From a virus (lineage: Duplodnaviria; Caudoviricetes), in IMG/VR virus record IMGVR_UViG_3300020169_001518, positions 1 to 57,709 of that record: a stretch of DNA of 57,709 bases; one strand, written 5' to 3'. Shown here piece by piece: positions 9,786 through 19,847 of the stretch (the stretch's first letter is position 1; each line of letters opens with the position of its first letter). Under the pieces are notes generated by a model that ran no database searches, was not told where the DNA came from, and saw nothing but the letters and a program-made list of their open reading frames with translations. Made by a program: the position numbers and the translations under genes.

Positions 9786-10136
9786 CTATTGATTATAACT
9801 TTCTGCCCTTAAATTGTTTTGTTGTTCTTGAAAGTATTGTTTTGCTTCATGATATTTTTTATTGTCAATATCACCTACTTGGTCATTTATTGCTTTTAAT
9901 AAACCTTCAATGTTTAATAATTCATCTTTAAAACCTTGCATATCAGTGTTTTGTTCATTTGATTGTAACCAATTTTGAACATAACCTAGGTTTTGGTTTA
10001 CTTGACTTTTAGCAAATTCTCTCATTGCTAATTCTACAAATTGACCATAGTGAATTTTCTTATTCATGTAATCTATGTAATGATTAGTTGTTGCTATCAT
10101 CAAATCAATTTCCCTTTGAATACTTAATTGTGCCAT
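9786..10136 (-). CDS. hypothetical protein
   Basis: ORF directly downstream of a promoter. Confidence 0.65.
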   Translation of the reverse strand: MAQLSIQREIDLMIATTNHYIDYMNKKIHYGQFVELAMREFAKSQVNQNLGYVQNWLQSNEQNTDMQGFKDELLNIEGLLKAINDQVGDIDNKKYHEAKQYFQEQQNNLRAESYNQ

Positions 10137-10160
10137 AATTTAATTTATTTATTGTTTACT

Positions 10161-10192
10161 ATAATGTACGAAATTATATTTAATATTCCTAA
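10161..10192 (-). promoter_or_regulatory. Bacteroidota-type promoter
   Basis: TTAG-N20-TACATTAT. Confidence 0.6.
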
Positions 10193-10344
10193 TAATTATT
10201 AGTAGTATTTTCAATTTTATCCATTTGAACATCATTAACTAATGAGTCAAGTTTTAACTTAGCACCCTTAATATTTTCTTCTTCTATGTCTAAAACTATA
10301 TACATTAATCTGGTGTACAACGCTTCTTTTATTTCTTGATCCAT
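10189..10344 (-). CDS. hypothetical protein (51 aa, MDQEIKEALY...)
   Basis: Hand-translated; TAATG coupling with the upstream gene. Confidence 0.55.
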   Translation of the reverse strand: MDQEIKEALYTRLMYIVLDIEEENIKGAKLKLDSLVNDVQMDKIENTTNNY

Positions 10345-10622
10345 TATGATAATGTTTTAATTAATTGGTTAATATCTTCTCTCGATTGCCATCCTTTAGC
10401 ATCTCCTAAAAATTCCCCATCAGCATCAATAGCCATTACTTCAAATGAAGAAACATCTTTAGCATTATTAACTGCTGATCTAGCACCACCTTTAGATGTA
10501 CTGTACATTCCACTACCTGCTACTACAGATAATTCAATACCACTATCTAACATTAATAATCCTTGAATGTGTCCTTTACCTAATCTGTGTTGTTTAAAAG
10601 TAATATCTTTAAATGTTTTCAT
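10344..10622 (-). CDS. hypothetical early protein
   Basis: Start moved to MKTFK, following the shared AAGGTTATG leader. Confidence 0.65.
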   Translation of the reverse strand: MKTFKDITFKQHRLGKGHIQGLLMLDSGIELSVVAGSGMYSTSKGGARSAVNNAKDVSSFEVMAIDADGEFLGDAKGWQSREDINQLIKTLS

Positions 10623-10656
10623 AACCTTAATTGTTTTTGTACTTATTAATATACCG

Positions 10657-10688
10657 TGAATATACGAAAAAAAAATGCGGTAACCAAA
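10657..10688 (-). promoter_or_regulatory. Bacteroidota-type promoter (repeat cassette)
   Basis: TTTG-N20-TATATTCA followed by CGGTATA. Confidence 0.7.
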
Positions 10689-10701
10689 TGGATACCGCAT
10701 T
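10667..10701 (-). terminator. intrinsic terminator overlapping the promoter
   Basis: AATGCGGTA/TACCGCATT stem followed by a T-run on the minus strand. Confidence 0.7.
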
Positions 10702-10725
10702 ACTTTTAATTTATTTTAATATTTT

Positions 10726-11736
10726 TTATTTGAATCTATTAAAATGTTCTTTAAGCGATTCCATTTCACTTATGTTCTTTTCCTTTTTCATATTATCAAC
10801 ATAATCAGATGAACTTGTTTCATTAACTGATTCGTATTCTTTAAAATCAGCTACTACTTCGTCTTTATCATAAGCATCTACTTCACCACTAAATAAATCA
10901 TCTTTATGTGTTCTAATATAATCTAAAGCTTCATCAGTGCCAACTGATAATTCGTCTCTAAGGATGTCAATTACATTTCTCATAGCCATTTTTCTATCAT
11001 GATTAGAAGCTCTAACATTATACATTTTACCATCATCACCCATTTTAGTAATTCCTGGTTCAGTTGGGATTGGATCTGCTTCAGATATTTCATCAGCAAA
11101 ATCTTCTACATCACCGTTTTCAGTATACATAGGTTTTGGGTTTGCTATTTCTTTATCTTCCTGGTTGTCTTCATTATCATTTGATGATGTTTCACCTCCA
11201 TAATTTGTACCTTTAGCACTTGGACTTGATACTTTATCAACATTAACAACATCATTTTCAGGATCTTGATCAGTCACACCATAAGACTCTTCCATACCAG
11301 CTAATCTATCACCTTGCCTTTGATACCCAGCTAATTCAGCATGCATTTCATTATTTAAGTGATTAATTATATCTTCAGGAAAGAAATTATCTTCTTCTAA
11401 TAAATCTGAATATATATCCATAAACGCATCTATAAATTTAGCTTTCATAGATCTGTCTAAAAAACTTTCAATACGTTCAGCTACGTCTCTATCAATTCTA
11501 GCTTCACTCATATCCCTAGCAGCTTTTTTATACTTAGTAGCATCACTACCATCTGTATCAGGTTTTTCATTACCTTTTCTATCAATACCCATTACTTCTT
11601 TTTTCATTGCTTTTTCTTTAGCCATCATAGCAAAGATTTTTTCCAATTTAAGTTGGTCATCACTAGTTAATTTATCAAAGCGTGCTTTTTCATCTGAAGA
11701 CATTTCTTCAAATAGGTCTGTTAAGTTTAATGCCAT
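10726..11736 (-). CDS. acidic hypothetical protein (possible virion/internal protein)
   Basis: 336 aa, D/E-rich, no recognisable motif. Confidence 0.7.
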   Translation of the reverse strand: MALNLTDLFEEMSSDEKARFDKLTSDDQLKLEKIFAMMAKEKAMKKEVMGIDRKGNEKPDTDGSDATKYKKAARDMSEARIDRDVAERIESFLDRSMKAKFIDAFMDIYSDLLEEDNFFPEDIINHLNNEMHAELAGYQRQGDRLAGMEESYGVTDQDPENDVVNVDKVSSPSAKGTNYGGETSSNDNEDNQEDKEIANPKPMYTENGDVEDFADEISEADPIPTEPGITKMGDDGKMYNVRASNHDRKMAMRNVIDILRDELSVGTDEALDYIRTHKDDLFSGEVDAYDKDEVVADFKEYESVNETSSSDYVDNMKKEKNISEMESLKEHFNRFK

Positions 11737-11739
11737 TTT

Positions 11740-12036
11740 TTATTTTTTAGGTTTACGTCCTTGTCTTTTTTTACCTTTAGCTGCTTGAGCTACGTCACCT
11801 ACCTGGTTACCTAATTCTTTAGCTGCTACAACAACGTCTTTTAATTCTTCTTTAATGTTTTTAGCTCTACGTTTTACTTCTTTAGCATGTGCCTTTACAT
11901 CTTCAATTGTATCTTCTATCTCATCTGGAATGTAATCTCCATCTCTGTCATTGATTTTACCTTTCTTGTAAAACCCAAAATAATATACTGCTACTGCAGC
12001 TACTACTAATACTAAAATAACTAATAATTTAACCAT
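11740..12036 (-). CDS. membrane-anchored protein with DxDxD loop and basic tail
   Basis: N-terminal TM, DRDGDYIPD, helical repeat region. Confidence 0.7.
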   Translation of the reverse strand: MVKLLVILVLVVAAVAVYYFGFYKKGKINDRDGDYIPDEIEDTIEDVKAHAKEVKRRAKNIKEELKDVVVAAKELGNQVGDVAQAAKGKKRQGRKPKK

Positions 12037-12075
12037 GATCGTCTATTTTTAAATGTTTATTATAAATATATAACT

Positions 12076-12495
12076 TTAATTCAAATTATACTTCTGTTTA
12101 TACTTATCAATAAATGACTTACCAGTACCTATTTCAAGCCATTCTGCTATTGCTGGAATGCCTGGAATCTTTTTAGCTGATAAGACATAATCAATATTTT
12201 TGTTAATTACCTTCATTTTTGTTTTAGCATTTGAACGATTAGATGTTTTAAATACTATTACTGTAGGCATGTTTCTAACATACATACGTTGATCAATTGT
12301 AGGTTTAGCTTGTTTTTCACCAGCTTTATATTTGTTTTCTACTTTCCAACACCCATTAGCTGATTTGCTTCTATCAAAGTACCATATTTGGTCTTCAGTT
12401 TCCTGAATCCATTTATCTAATACTACAGCTGGTTGTTCACTTGGTCTACCTCGTCTTTCTACCATTTTGTTTACCTCTTTTAGTTTTATATTCAT
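12076..12495 (-). CDS. hypothetical basic protein
   Basis: ORF containing RRGRP. Confidence 0.65.
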   Translation of the reverse strand: MNIKLKEVNKMVERRGRPSEQPAVVLDKWIQETEDQIWYFDRSKSANGCWKVENKYKAGEKQAKPTIDQRMYVRNMPTVIVFKTSNRSNAKTKMKVINKNIDYVLSAKKIPGIPAIAEWLEIGTGKSFIDKYKQKYNLN

Positions 12496-12597
12496 TAATT
12501 GGCATGCTTATTGTGGAATGTAATCCACTATTGTCCCGTTTTTCTGCTACTATTTGTCTATATAGTGGGGATTCTAATTCACATCCATTATATCTTC

Positions 12598-12735
12598 TCA
12601 TGCTTCATATGCTTTAGGTGATGGTAAACCAGAATAAGCGCAACTAGTATTACCATAATGTTTACTTAATAATTTAATTTTAACTTCCTCACTAATCTCA
12701 TTAGTTTGGTATAACTGTTCTATTAACTCTACCAT
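12598..12735 (-). CDS. small hypothetical protein (45 aa)
   Basis: Hand-translated MVELIEQLYQ...; overlaps the upstream stop. Confidence 0.45.
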   Translation of the reverse strand: MVELIEQLYQTNEISEEVKIKLLSKHYGNTSCAYSGLPSPKAYEA

Positions 12736-12875
12736 TTTTTACAAGCTTTAAGTGGTACTTGACATAATGTACCTTTATTTTTAATTAATGGGTTACCATT
12801 TGGTCTAAATCCAAATACAATTTTAACTTGATCTTCATATATTCTAATTCGATCACCTACTTTTATTTCAGACAT
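12729..12875 (-). CDS. small hypothetical protein (48 aa)
   Basis: Hand-translated MSEIKVGDRIRI... Confidence 0.5.
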   Translation of the reverse strand: MSEIKVGDRIRIYEDQVKIVFGFRPNGNPLIKNKGTLCQVPLKACKKW

Positions 12876-13117
12876 ATATCTAATGTTTTATTTAAATTAA
12901 TTACATCTCTAATGTTAGCACACTTTTCATATTCTTCTGTTGATTCAAAATAATCAAGTAAATCCATAGCTATTTCTAATTCAGTTGCTTCTGGATCTGG
13001 AATTACTACCATGTCTTCTATTTCATCACTATCGCTTGGGATAATTTGTTCATCTATTCCCATAATCATATTATAACTTACATTCATTGCTCGGTCAAAT
13101 AATTCTAGTTCTTTCAT
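12863..13117 (-). CDS. protein with UvrB/UvrC-type motif
   Basis: EEYEKCANIRD; start moved to MKELELF. Confidence 0.6.
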   Translation of the reverse strand: MKELELFDRAMNVSYNMIMGIDEQIIPSDSDEIEDMVVIPDPEATELEIAMDLLDYFESTEEYEKCANIRDVINLNKTLDICLK

Positions 13118-13118
13118 A

Positions 13119-13355
13119 TTAAAATGGTAATGGTTCGTCCTTTTTTTCTTTAGGAATAAATGTTGGATCATCCAATTTACGATAATAAGTTGAGGCAAAT
13201 GGTTGTTCACCTATTTCTTTAACAGTTACATCTTGAGAATGTCTTCTATTATCAATCGATAATCTTAAATCGTTAGCACGTTTTCTAGCCATATAATCAT
13301 TATCAGCATAAACGTACATATCCATTTGTACTACATATCTTTTATTTTCTGCCAT
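13119..13355 (-). CDS. hypothetical early protein
   Basis: Follows promoter cassette and AAGGTTATG leader; ends DEPLPF. Confidence 0.65.
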   Translation of the reverse strand: MAENKRYVVQMDMYVYADNDYMARKRANDLRLSIDNRRHSQDVTVKEIGEQPFASTYYRKLDDPTFIPKEKKDEPLPF

Positions 13356-13384
13356 AACCTTTATTGTTTTTAATTAATATACCG

Positions 13385-13416
13385 TGAATATACGAACTCT
13401 ATTTCGTATCTCCTAA
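13385..13416 (-). promoter_or_regulatory. Bacteroidota-type promoter (repeat cassette)
   Basis: TTAG-N20-TATATTCA followed by CGGTATA. Confidence 0.7.
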
Positions 13417-13845
13417 TTTTGTGCGCATTGCCTTTACATGCTTGCAATTACCACTTGATCTCCAATAACCAGGGCATGAACAATGGAATTTACCACTTTC
13501 AGGATAATACTTAGTTTTATATTCCCCCAAACCACTTCCACTCATATGAGTTTCTACTACTGGTTCTGGTTTAACATATGTTTTTGGTTTTGGTCTGTTC
13601 CACTTTATGTCATTTAAAGTAGTACCTTCAACTACTTCTTGCCATAGTGGCATTAAATAAGTTTTACCTTGAATAGTAGCTAATGTTGGTGGTATATGAG
13701 GGTGTTTATACTCGTATTGATATCTATTAGCAAATACAGATGGACCAAACCCATCACCAGGTATGCTTAATGCACCCTCAGTATGGATAATACGTTTTCT
13801 ATAATTACCATGCTTGTTTAAATTACTAAATTCCCATAATGCCAT
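13399..13845 (-). CDS. SWIM zinc-finger protein
   Basis: CSCPGYWRSSGNCKHV (CxC...CxH). Confidence 0.75.
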   Translation of the reverse strand: MALWEFSNLNKHGNYRKRIIHTEGALSIPGDGFGPSVFANRYQYEYKHPHIPPTLATIQGKTYLMPLWQEVVEGTTLNDIKWNRPKPKTYVKPEPVVETHMSGSGLGEYKTKYYPESGKFHCSCPGYWRSSGNCKHVKAMRTKLGDTK

Positions 13846-13870
13846 AACCTTTATTTTTATTATTATACCG

Positions 13871-13915
13871 TGAATATACGACCTATTTATGCGGTATCCT
13901 AGTTTTTACGCATAA
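13871..13915 (-). promoter_or_regulatory. promoter plus stem-loop cassette
   Basis: CTAG-N20-TATATTCA followed by CGGTATA; inverted repeat TTATGCG/CGCATAA at 13887-13915. Confidence 0.7.
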
Positions 13916-13918
13916 GTC

Positions 13919-14827
13919 TTAGTTAGGCCCTCCAACTGGGTTTAATGAGAATGGTTTATTATTTATTTGTTGTGTCGCATCTACCATATTTTTTCTATTC
14001 TGCATTATTTCTTCTACTTGATTTTCTGTCAAATATTCTAACCACAAATCATTATCACGATCATTTAACCTTTTATTATGAATTCCTGCTTTACAACTAC
14101 AAAATACCCATTTATTTTCATAAAATAAATATTTTGATGTTTCTGTGCCTTCAGGTAATGATAAAGATTTTTCTAATGTATTTACTAATACACTATCATT
14201 ATTAAAAATTGGGTCTATATTGCCTATAGGTTTATCTGAATAAACACAAGCGTATACAGCTCTAACTTTATTCGATGTATTTTGGGATGAACGGTGTACT
14301 GTATTTCCCTCTACAATTATTAAATCACCTGCTTGTGCTATTATTTCTTCCCATTCACCTGTTTCTATATTTTGACAACTAATAGGTCCAGATTCTTTAG
14401 TTTGATTTGTTAGTATCCACATAAAATTAATGGTTTTAAACTCTCCTTTAGCAGCAGCTAATGGATTAGGTCCATATTGGTTATCATTATGTTCTTCAAA
14501 ACCAAAATTTTCACCAGGAAGTTTAACTACTACTTGATCATTAAAACAATAAAGCTGAGACGATTTAAATAATGGAGCAGAAATTTGTTGCATAAAAGGA
14601 TGTAAATAAAATGCAATTAATTCTTCATCTAATTTACTAGCCATTTCAAGACCTCTCCAAATCTTACCTGTACCCCATTTTCTTGGTTCGCCTAACTTAT
14701 CAATATATTTCTTTTTAAGATTAATACATTTTTTTCTACATTCAGATAATGCAGATGATGGAATTACATCTTTCATATGTAAATAACCTTGTTTATCAAA
14801 TAACTCTACGTTTAATTTATTTTCCAT
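13919..14827 (-). CDS. phytanoyl-CoA dioxygenase (PhyH)-family 2OG oxygenase
   Basis: FDKQGYL, VKLPG, EHND, AGDLII, HRSSQN..R. Confidence 0.8.
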   Translation of the reverse strand: MENKLNVELFDKQGYLHMKDVIPSSALSECRKKCINLKKKYIDKLGEPRKWGTGKIWRGLEMASKLDEELIAFYLHPFMQQISAPLFKSSQLYCFNDQVVVKLPGENFGFEEHNDNQYGPNPLAAAKGEFKTINFMWILTNQTKESGPISCQNIETGEWEEIIAQAGDLIIVEGNTVHRSSQNTSNKVRAVYACVYSDKPIGNIDPIFNNDSVLVNTLEKSLSLPEGTETSKYLFYENKWVFCSCKAGIHNKRLNDRDNDLWLEYLTENQVEEIMQNRKNMVDATQQINNKPFSLNPVGGPN

Positions 14828-14829
14828 TT

Positions 14830-15408
14830 TTAAATATTTAATTTATAACCTCCAAATTCTTTCATATATGAGGTAATTTTTACACCATTACCATCTGTTC
14901 TTGCTTTACCTGTCCTAAACCATTTTTTAACACTACCAGCACCTCCTAAATGAGCAGCAGCTAATAAACCTGATTCAGTAACTAATATACCATTAACTAT
15001 TGTATTATCATATTTTTTAATATAACGTTTTAATTTTTTCTGGTTGTATATTAGGTTTTGTTGCATCGCATGTTCTTGCAATTCAGGGTTATTAATAAAT
15101 TCTGCTCGTGATACATTTATTTTTAATGTTTTTAACGTTGATTTACCAAATTGATATTTACCCATGTAACCAAACCTATTTACTACATTATAATTATTGC
15201 TTGATTCCCTATGACCAATAGCATTTAAAAACTGTTGATGCGATACTAAATCTATCTCTACTTTAGATAATATTATTTCAGTTGAAGTTTTTACAATAGG
15301 CTCAGATTTTAATTGTACAAGCGGTACTATTTTAGCTCTATATGATTTAAATGCCATCATAAACAATATAGATAATATACAAACTATAAATTTAATTGTA
15401 TTTTTCAT
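14830..15408 (-). CDS. lysozyme-like/transglycosylase peptidoglycan hydrolase with N-terminal signal
   Basis: AIGHRESSNNY, GKYQFG, AAHLGGAG. Confidence 0.75.
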   Translation of the reverse strand: MKNTIKFIVCILSILFMMAFKSYRAKIVPLVQLKSEPIVKTSTEIILSKVEIDLVSHQQFLNAIGHRESSNNYNVVNRFGYMGKYQFGKSTLKTLKINVSRAEFINNPELQEHAMQQNLIYNQKKLKRYIKKYDNTIVNGILVTESGLLAAAHLGGAGSVKKWFRTGKARTDGNGVKITSYMKEFGGYKLNI

Positions 15409-15409
15409 A

Positions 15410-15580
15410 TTAAAAATTTTTTAAAAAATCACCCTTAATTGGTCTTGATTTAAGTTTACTTGCCTTTTCATCATTTTTTAACATTTGAGTAGCTAATTTA
15501 TCTAAATGCTTACTTTTTTGTTTATCATAATCATGAATTATAGCTGCATGTTTTTTGCTATAAGATTTATTTTTCTTCAT
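15410..15580 (-). CDS. small basic hypothetical protein (56 aa)
   Basis: Hand-translated MKKNKSYSKK...; fills the gap exactly. Confidence 0.55.
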   Translation of the reverse strand: MKKNKSYSKKHAAIIHDYDKQKSKHLDKLATQMLKNDEKASKLKSRPIKGDFLKNF

Positions 15581-15585
15581 ATAAA

Positions 15586-16146
15586 TTATTTATAAGCTAA
15601 TGAACTCCATCCATTTAACCCTACGTGTTTATCAATTTTATACCCTTTATCTTCTAAATTTTTATATATATCTTGATTTTCAAGGTGTAAGTTTTCAAAG
15701 TATAACTTTTTTATATTGTATTTTTCAAAATTAATATTAGATATAATTTTATAATCATAACCTTCAGCATCAATAAATAATATATCAATATCAACTAAAT
15801 TATATTTTTTAAATAAATCATTAATATTAATTGTTTTAACCATAAATGACCTAATTCCATCATTTGAATGGTAATGTTTTGGAACAATATGTTCTTTAAT
15901 TATAGATGATACTTCATATCCAGGTTTATCATCAATATGATAATAAAATTTAATGTTTTTTCCTGTTTTTTCTTCAATAGCTAAATTTTCTATACTAATA
16001 TTTTCAACCCAAGAATAATAATTTAATAGAGCTGTATTATGTAATTTTACTGGTTCTACTAATACTAATTTTGTTGGTTGTGTTTTACCTATTATTGAAG
16101 ATAAATCATCATTTCCTCTATTAGCCCCTATTTGTATTATATTCAT
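15586..16146 (-). CDS. FkbM-family SAM methyltransferase
   Basis: QIGANRG, VEP, IDAEGYD. Confidence 0.85.
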   Translation of the reverse strand: MNIIQIGANRGNDDLSSIIGKTQPTKLVLVEPVKLHNTALLNYYSWVENISIENLAIEEKTGKNIKFYYHIDDKPGYEVSSIIKEHIVPKHYHSNDGIRSFMVKTININDLFKKYNLVDIDILFIDAEGYDYKIISNINFEKYNIKKLYFENLHLENQDIYKNLEDKGYKIDKHVGLNGWSSLAYK

Positions 16147-16763
16147 ATTCGACTTATATATTTATTAACTTCATCTTCATCAGCATCATCAAGCCCTAAT
16201 TCTTTTAATCGTTGTAAATGATAATCATCTACTTCCCACTCAACTTTATCTGTTGTTTTATATTGTTCAGTTTGTGTTTCAAGTTGTTTAATATCTTGTT
16301 TATTAAATATATCTCCAACTTGTAAAAAATAATGGTTGTAACATAGTAATTGAACATTATCTAAACTATAATTGTTACTATTTTTATCTTTAAAATGTAA
16401 TAATAAAGGTGTTTTATAATCTAATACTCTTTTTTCATTAAATTTGCATACATTACATTCTTCTAATAAATATCCTTGTTCTATTAAAGCATATTTAAGT
16501 TTATTTGGGTTAAATGAAGATGCAGCTATTCTACCTTCAATTATTTCTAACATATGAGGCATTTTTTTAGGGCCTCTTAAAAATTTAGGTATGCCTTTAC
16601 CTTGTTGGTTTTTATGACTTTCAAATAATTCATACATTTTAGCATATTTTTTATAATGCTGGTATGAAACGTGTAAGTACCTAGCTGCAGCCATATTAGA
16701 TAATGTCTTACCTTGAGCCGCAACTATTTGTTCCTTACTTAAGAATTTCTTCTTATTTCCCAT
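16143..16763 (-). CDS. HTH plus HNH-like endonuclease domain protein
   Basis: SNMAAARYLHVSY; CNVC...LLLHFKD...N...NVQLLCYNH. Confidence 0.65.
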   Translation of the reverse strand: MGNKKKFLSKEQIVAAQGKTLSNMAAARYLHVSYQHYKKYAKMYELFESHKNQQGKGIPKFLRGPKKMPHMLEIIEGRIAASSFNPNKLKYALIEQGYLLEECNVCKFNEKRVLDYKTPLLLHFKDKNSNNYSLDNVQLLCYNHYFLQVGDIFNKQDIKQLETQTEQYKTTDKVEWEVDDYHLQRLKELGLDDADEDEVNKYISRI

Positions 16764-17079
16764 TTGAGTCTTTAATTACAACAGGACCGTGTAAATTTCT
16801 TTCACTATCCATATCTTGCATTTCAGCTTTACTAGTTTTAGGTAAATCTTTTAATGCTTTTTCATTATGTTGATATGATTTATATTGTTCATCATCCATA
16901 ATTACAGTTTCAACCCAGGTATGATCGCCTTCACCCATTAAGACAGGTATACCGTGTTTCATACCTTCACCTTTACCATTTTCAGAACACGTTACACAAA
17001 AATTATAACCATATTGTGTTAACCTTAATTCTGGCATTTCACTTCCACAAGACCTGCAATCAATCATTTTGTATTTCAT
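16753..17079 (-). CDS. C4 zinc-finger protein (DksA/TraR-like finger)
   Basis: CRSCG..MPELRL.....CVTC; start moved to MKYKM. Confidence 0.6.
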   Translation of the reverse strand: MKYKMIDCRSCGSEMPELRLTQYGYNFCVTCSENGKGEGMKHGIPVLMGEGDHTWVETVIMDDEQYKSYQHNEKALKDLPKTSKAEMQDMDSERNLHGPVVIKDSNGK

Positions 17080-17135
17080 AGTTTGTTTTTTTTCTAATGT
17101 GAGCATAAATATATTAATTTTTATTTTCTGTTATA

Positions 17136-17546
17136 TTATTTAAAATTATATTCTTCTATAGTTTTTTTATAAACTTTTTGCCATTTTTTTTCTGCTGCAA
17201 CTACACAATCAGTTTGAATTACTTTTTCTCCCCATTCATCTATTCTATATAATTCATTATCATAGAATCTAACATAAACCTTTACATCTTCCCCATTATC
17301 TCTAATTAATTTATTAATTTTAGGGGATAATACTTTACAAGAATGTCCTATTTGGTATTTGTAATCATTCATTCTTCTATAAAAATCAATAGATTGACCT
17401 ACCTTTATAACTTTATTTTTTAATACTAGAAAATAAACGGCTTTTCTTTTTCTTTTTGTACCTCTTATCCAATGATCCATCCTAAGTTTATTAGGGTTTT
17501 CATGAGCGTACATGCGATTAATTAATTTAAAACTTTTATGTATCAT
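17136..17546 (-). CDS. GIY-YIG nuclease family protein
   Basis: AVYFL...KVGQS..FYRRMNDY...E. Confidence 0.6.
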   Translation of the reverse strand: MIHKSFKLINRMYAHENPNKLRMDHWIRGTKRKRKAVYFLVLKNKVIKVGQSIDFYRRMNDYKYQIGHSCKVLSPKINKLIRDNGEDVKVYVRFYDNELYRIDEWGEKVIQTDCVVAAEKKWQKVYKKTIEEYNFK

Positions 17547-18826
17547 ACTTCTCTTTTTTCTCCGTGAACAACTTTTACTGTTGGAAATCTTAAACTGATT
17601 CCACCTTTATCATTTTTAGTTTCTTCAAAGTATTGTACTGTAATAGTTTTACCTACAATTGAACCATCCATATATTGTAAACGTTGTTCTTGACTCCAAC
17701 CACTACCAACTTTTACTCTATGGCCTTTATGTTCAATCCATACTTGAGCTAACATTTTAATTGTTTCTGATTTGCCATTTCTAACTACTTCGTGATTATC
17801 ATTATCATAATCAACCACAACATACTCAGCATCATGGAATTTCTTTACTTTAAGTAAATTTTTAGTACGTTTGCCTTCATAACCAACATCTTTACGTATC
17901 ATAAATCCTTCCCATTTTTTATCAGTTGCCATTTGACCCCACATATCAAAATGTCTACCATCTGTTATCTGGAATTGTTCTGTATAACGTAGAATATCAG
18001 TTGTAATAAATCTACCTGTTAGGAATCCTCTTAATGCACCTAATCTTTCACTTAGTTTAGGACCACCTTTATGATTATCAAAGTGAGGTTTATGAATCAT
18101 ATCAAATATCATATAAGCTGGGTTTTCAATTTGATGGTCTTTACGTCTTAATTGTTTCATTATGCCTTGAAAATCTTCATCTCCATTTTCATCAATTAAA
18201 CAAATTTCACCATCAAACACAGTATTAATAATACCTGTTGCTTCAATAGCTTCTTTTACTTTATTTAATGTAGTTAATTCTTTACCCATTCTAGAATAAA
18301 GTGTACATTCACCTTCATAATTAACAACTGCTAAACATCTAATACCATCTAATTTTCTACTAGCATACCAACTATCATTCCAATCACATTTATCATCATA
18401 TTCTTTAGCTAATGCAACTTTAAATGTTGGAATTAATCCAGGTACTGCTTTATTTATTATTGAATCACCAGCCCTAATACCTAAATCTTTATCTATAATT
18501 TTATAAATAATAGGGTCATGTTTAAATTTAGCAAAACCATTTACTAAAGCTATAGCATCATGTCCTGTTACTTCTCTACTAGTTAATTTATCTAATAGTT
18601 CATATAATGCTAAATCTGAAGATTCATCAATTATATCTTGTTTTTTAATACAAGTTTTACTTGTAACATAGTATTGTTTAAATGGGTTATAAGTGTATTC
18701 TAGTAATCTATGAATGTCACTACTTGCATTTTTAATAATTTCAATTTTTTCAGTGGCACTACTAGTAGCACGCATTTCTTCTATAAATTTAAAGTATTCT
18801 AACATTTTATTTAGTTTTTCTTTCAT
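17543..18826 (-). CDS. lig: ATP-dependent DNA ligase
   Basis: RKLDGIRC, FDGE, IFD, EGFMIR, LLKVK, VGSG, LRFP. Confidence 0.95.
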   Translation of the reverse strand: MKEKLNKMLEYFKFIEEMRATSSATEKIEIIKNASSDIHRLLEYTYNPFKQYYVTSKTCIKKQDIIDESSDLALYELLDKLTSREVTGHDAIALVNGFAKFKHDPIIYKIIDKDLGIRAGDSIINKAVPGLIPTFKVALAKEYDDKCDWNDSWYASRKLDGIRCLAVVNYEGECTLYSRMGKELTTLNKVKEAIEATGIINTVFDGEICLIDENGDEDFQGIMKQLRRKDHQIENPAYMIFDMIHKPHFDNHKGGPKLSERLGALRGFLTGRFITTDILRYTEQFQITDGRHFDMWGQMATDKKWEGFMIRKDVGYEGKRTKNLLKVKKFHDAEYVVVDYDNDNHEVVRNGKSETIKMLAQVWIEHKGHRVKVGSGWSQEQRLQYMDGSIVGKTITVQYFEETKNDKGGISLRFPTVKVVHGEKREV

Positions 18827-18835
18827 ATTTCTTTA

Positions 18836-19033
18836 TTATTCAACAATTTCTACTTCAGCCCATGCTGCTAAATGAACTACTTCATTATTATTATTAGTAC
18901 AGTAACTATACATTCCATCTACATGGCTAAAATTTAATACTTCTTGCTCCTCAATAATTGGAGCAGCGGGAGGTATTTTAATATCTCCCACTACTCTAAT
19001 TTTACTATTTCTAGGTACATCGTATAACTTCAT
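18836..19033 (-). CDS. hypothetical protein
   Basis: Operon-packed ORF. Confidence 0.6.
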   Translation of the reverse strand: MKLYDVPRNSKIRVVGDIKIPPAAPIIEEQEVLNFSHVDGMYSYCTNNNNEVVHLAAWAEVEIVE

Positions 19034-19034
19034 A

Positions 19035-19778
19035 TTATTTAGTTTTTTGGTTATTAAATCTTTCCATTAATGCTTCAGTAGTTTCAACTACAGCATCATA
19101 CTTTTTATGTAATCTTTCTTTTTCCATTTCATCACCATAACCTAAAGTAAAACTAACTTCACTACCCGATTCAAATTTAACTTTAACAATTGGAAATGAA
19201 GAATAAGATCTTCTATAATAATCTGTACCTACAACAACCTCAGCTTTAGGATATAATTCCTCATATTTAGCAACTATAATATCTAAGGCAATTGCTTGTT
19301 TTTTAGTATGTGCTAATTCATTTATTTTACGCTCATTGTGTTCTTTAAATTTAGTATATAATGAACTTGGAATATAATATCTATACTGCTCAGTAATACT
19401 AGTACACATTAATTTATTACCATCTCTACTTACACTAGCCTTATATTTTTTCATTTCACCTTCATGAATACAATTAGTAATTAAATGAACATTACCTACA
19501 GCATTCATATAAGTAACTTCTTTAGTAAAATTTGTATTATTATATGAATAACCAAATTCTCTTTCTTGAGTTACTTCAAAAACTTCAAAATTACATTTAT
19601 AATCTCTATTTTGAACAAAACCTGCTCTATCTAACATTAACGCTATTGTGTTAACCTCATCTTGAGCTTCAACTGCTCTTTTAGCTTGTTTTTCAATCCA
19701 AGTAGCAACTTCTTGCTCTTGCTTAGTTGTTAATAATACTCCTTGAAATAAATCTAATTGTGAATTTGAATTTGACAT
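19035..19778 (-). CDS. hypothetical early protein
   Basis: Follows promoter and AAAATAAAGGTTATG leader. Confidence 0.7.
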   Translation of the reverse strand: MSNSNSQLDLFQGVLLTTKQEQEVATWIEKQAKRAVEAQDEVNTIALMLDRAGFVQNRDYKCNFEVFEVTQEREFGYSYNNTNFTKEVTYMNAVGNVHLITNCIHEGEMKKYKASVSRDGNKLMCTSITEQYRYYIPSSLYTKFKEHNERKINELAHTKKQAIALDIIVAKYEELYPKAEVVVGTDYYRRSYSSFPIVKVKFESGSEVSFTLGYGDEMEKERLHKKYDAVVETTEALMERFNNQKTK

Positions 19779-19815
19779 AACCTTTATTTTTATGTTGACT
19801 TAATTATCAACAGTA

Positions 19816-19847
19816 TAAATATACGACCTTTTTATGCGGTAGCCAAA
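19816..19847 (-). promoter_or_regulatory. Bacteroidota-type promoter (repeat cassette)
   Basis: TTTG-GCTACCGCATAAAAAGGTCG-TATATTTA. Confidence 0.75.
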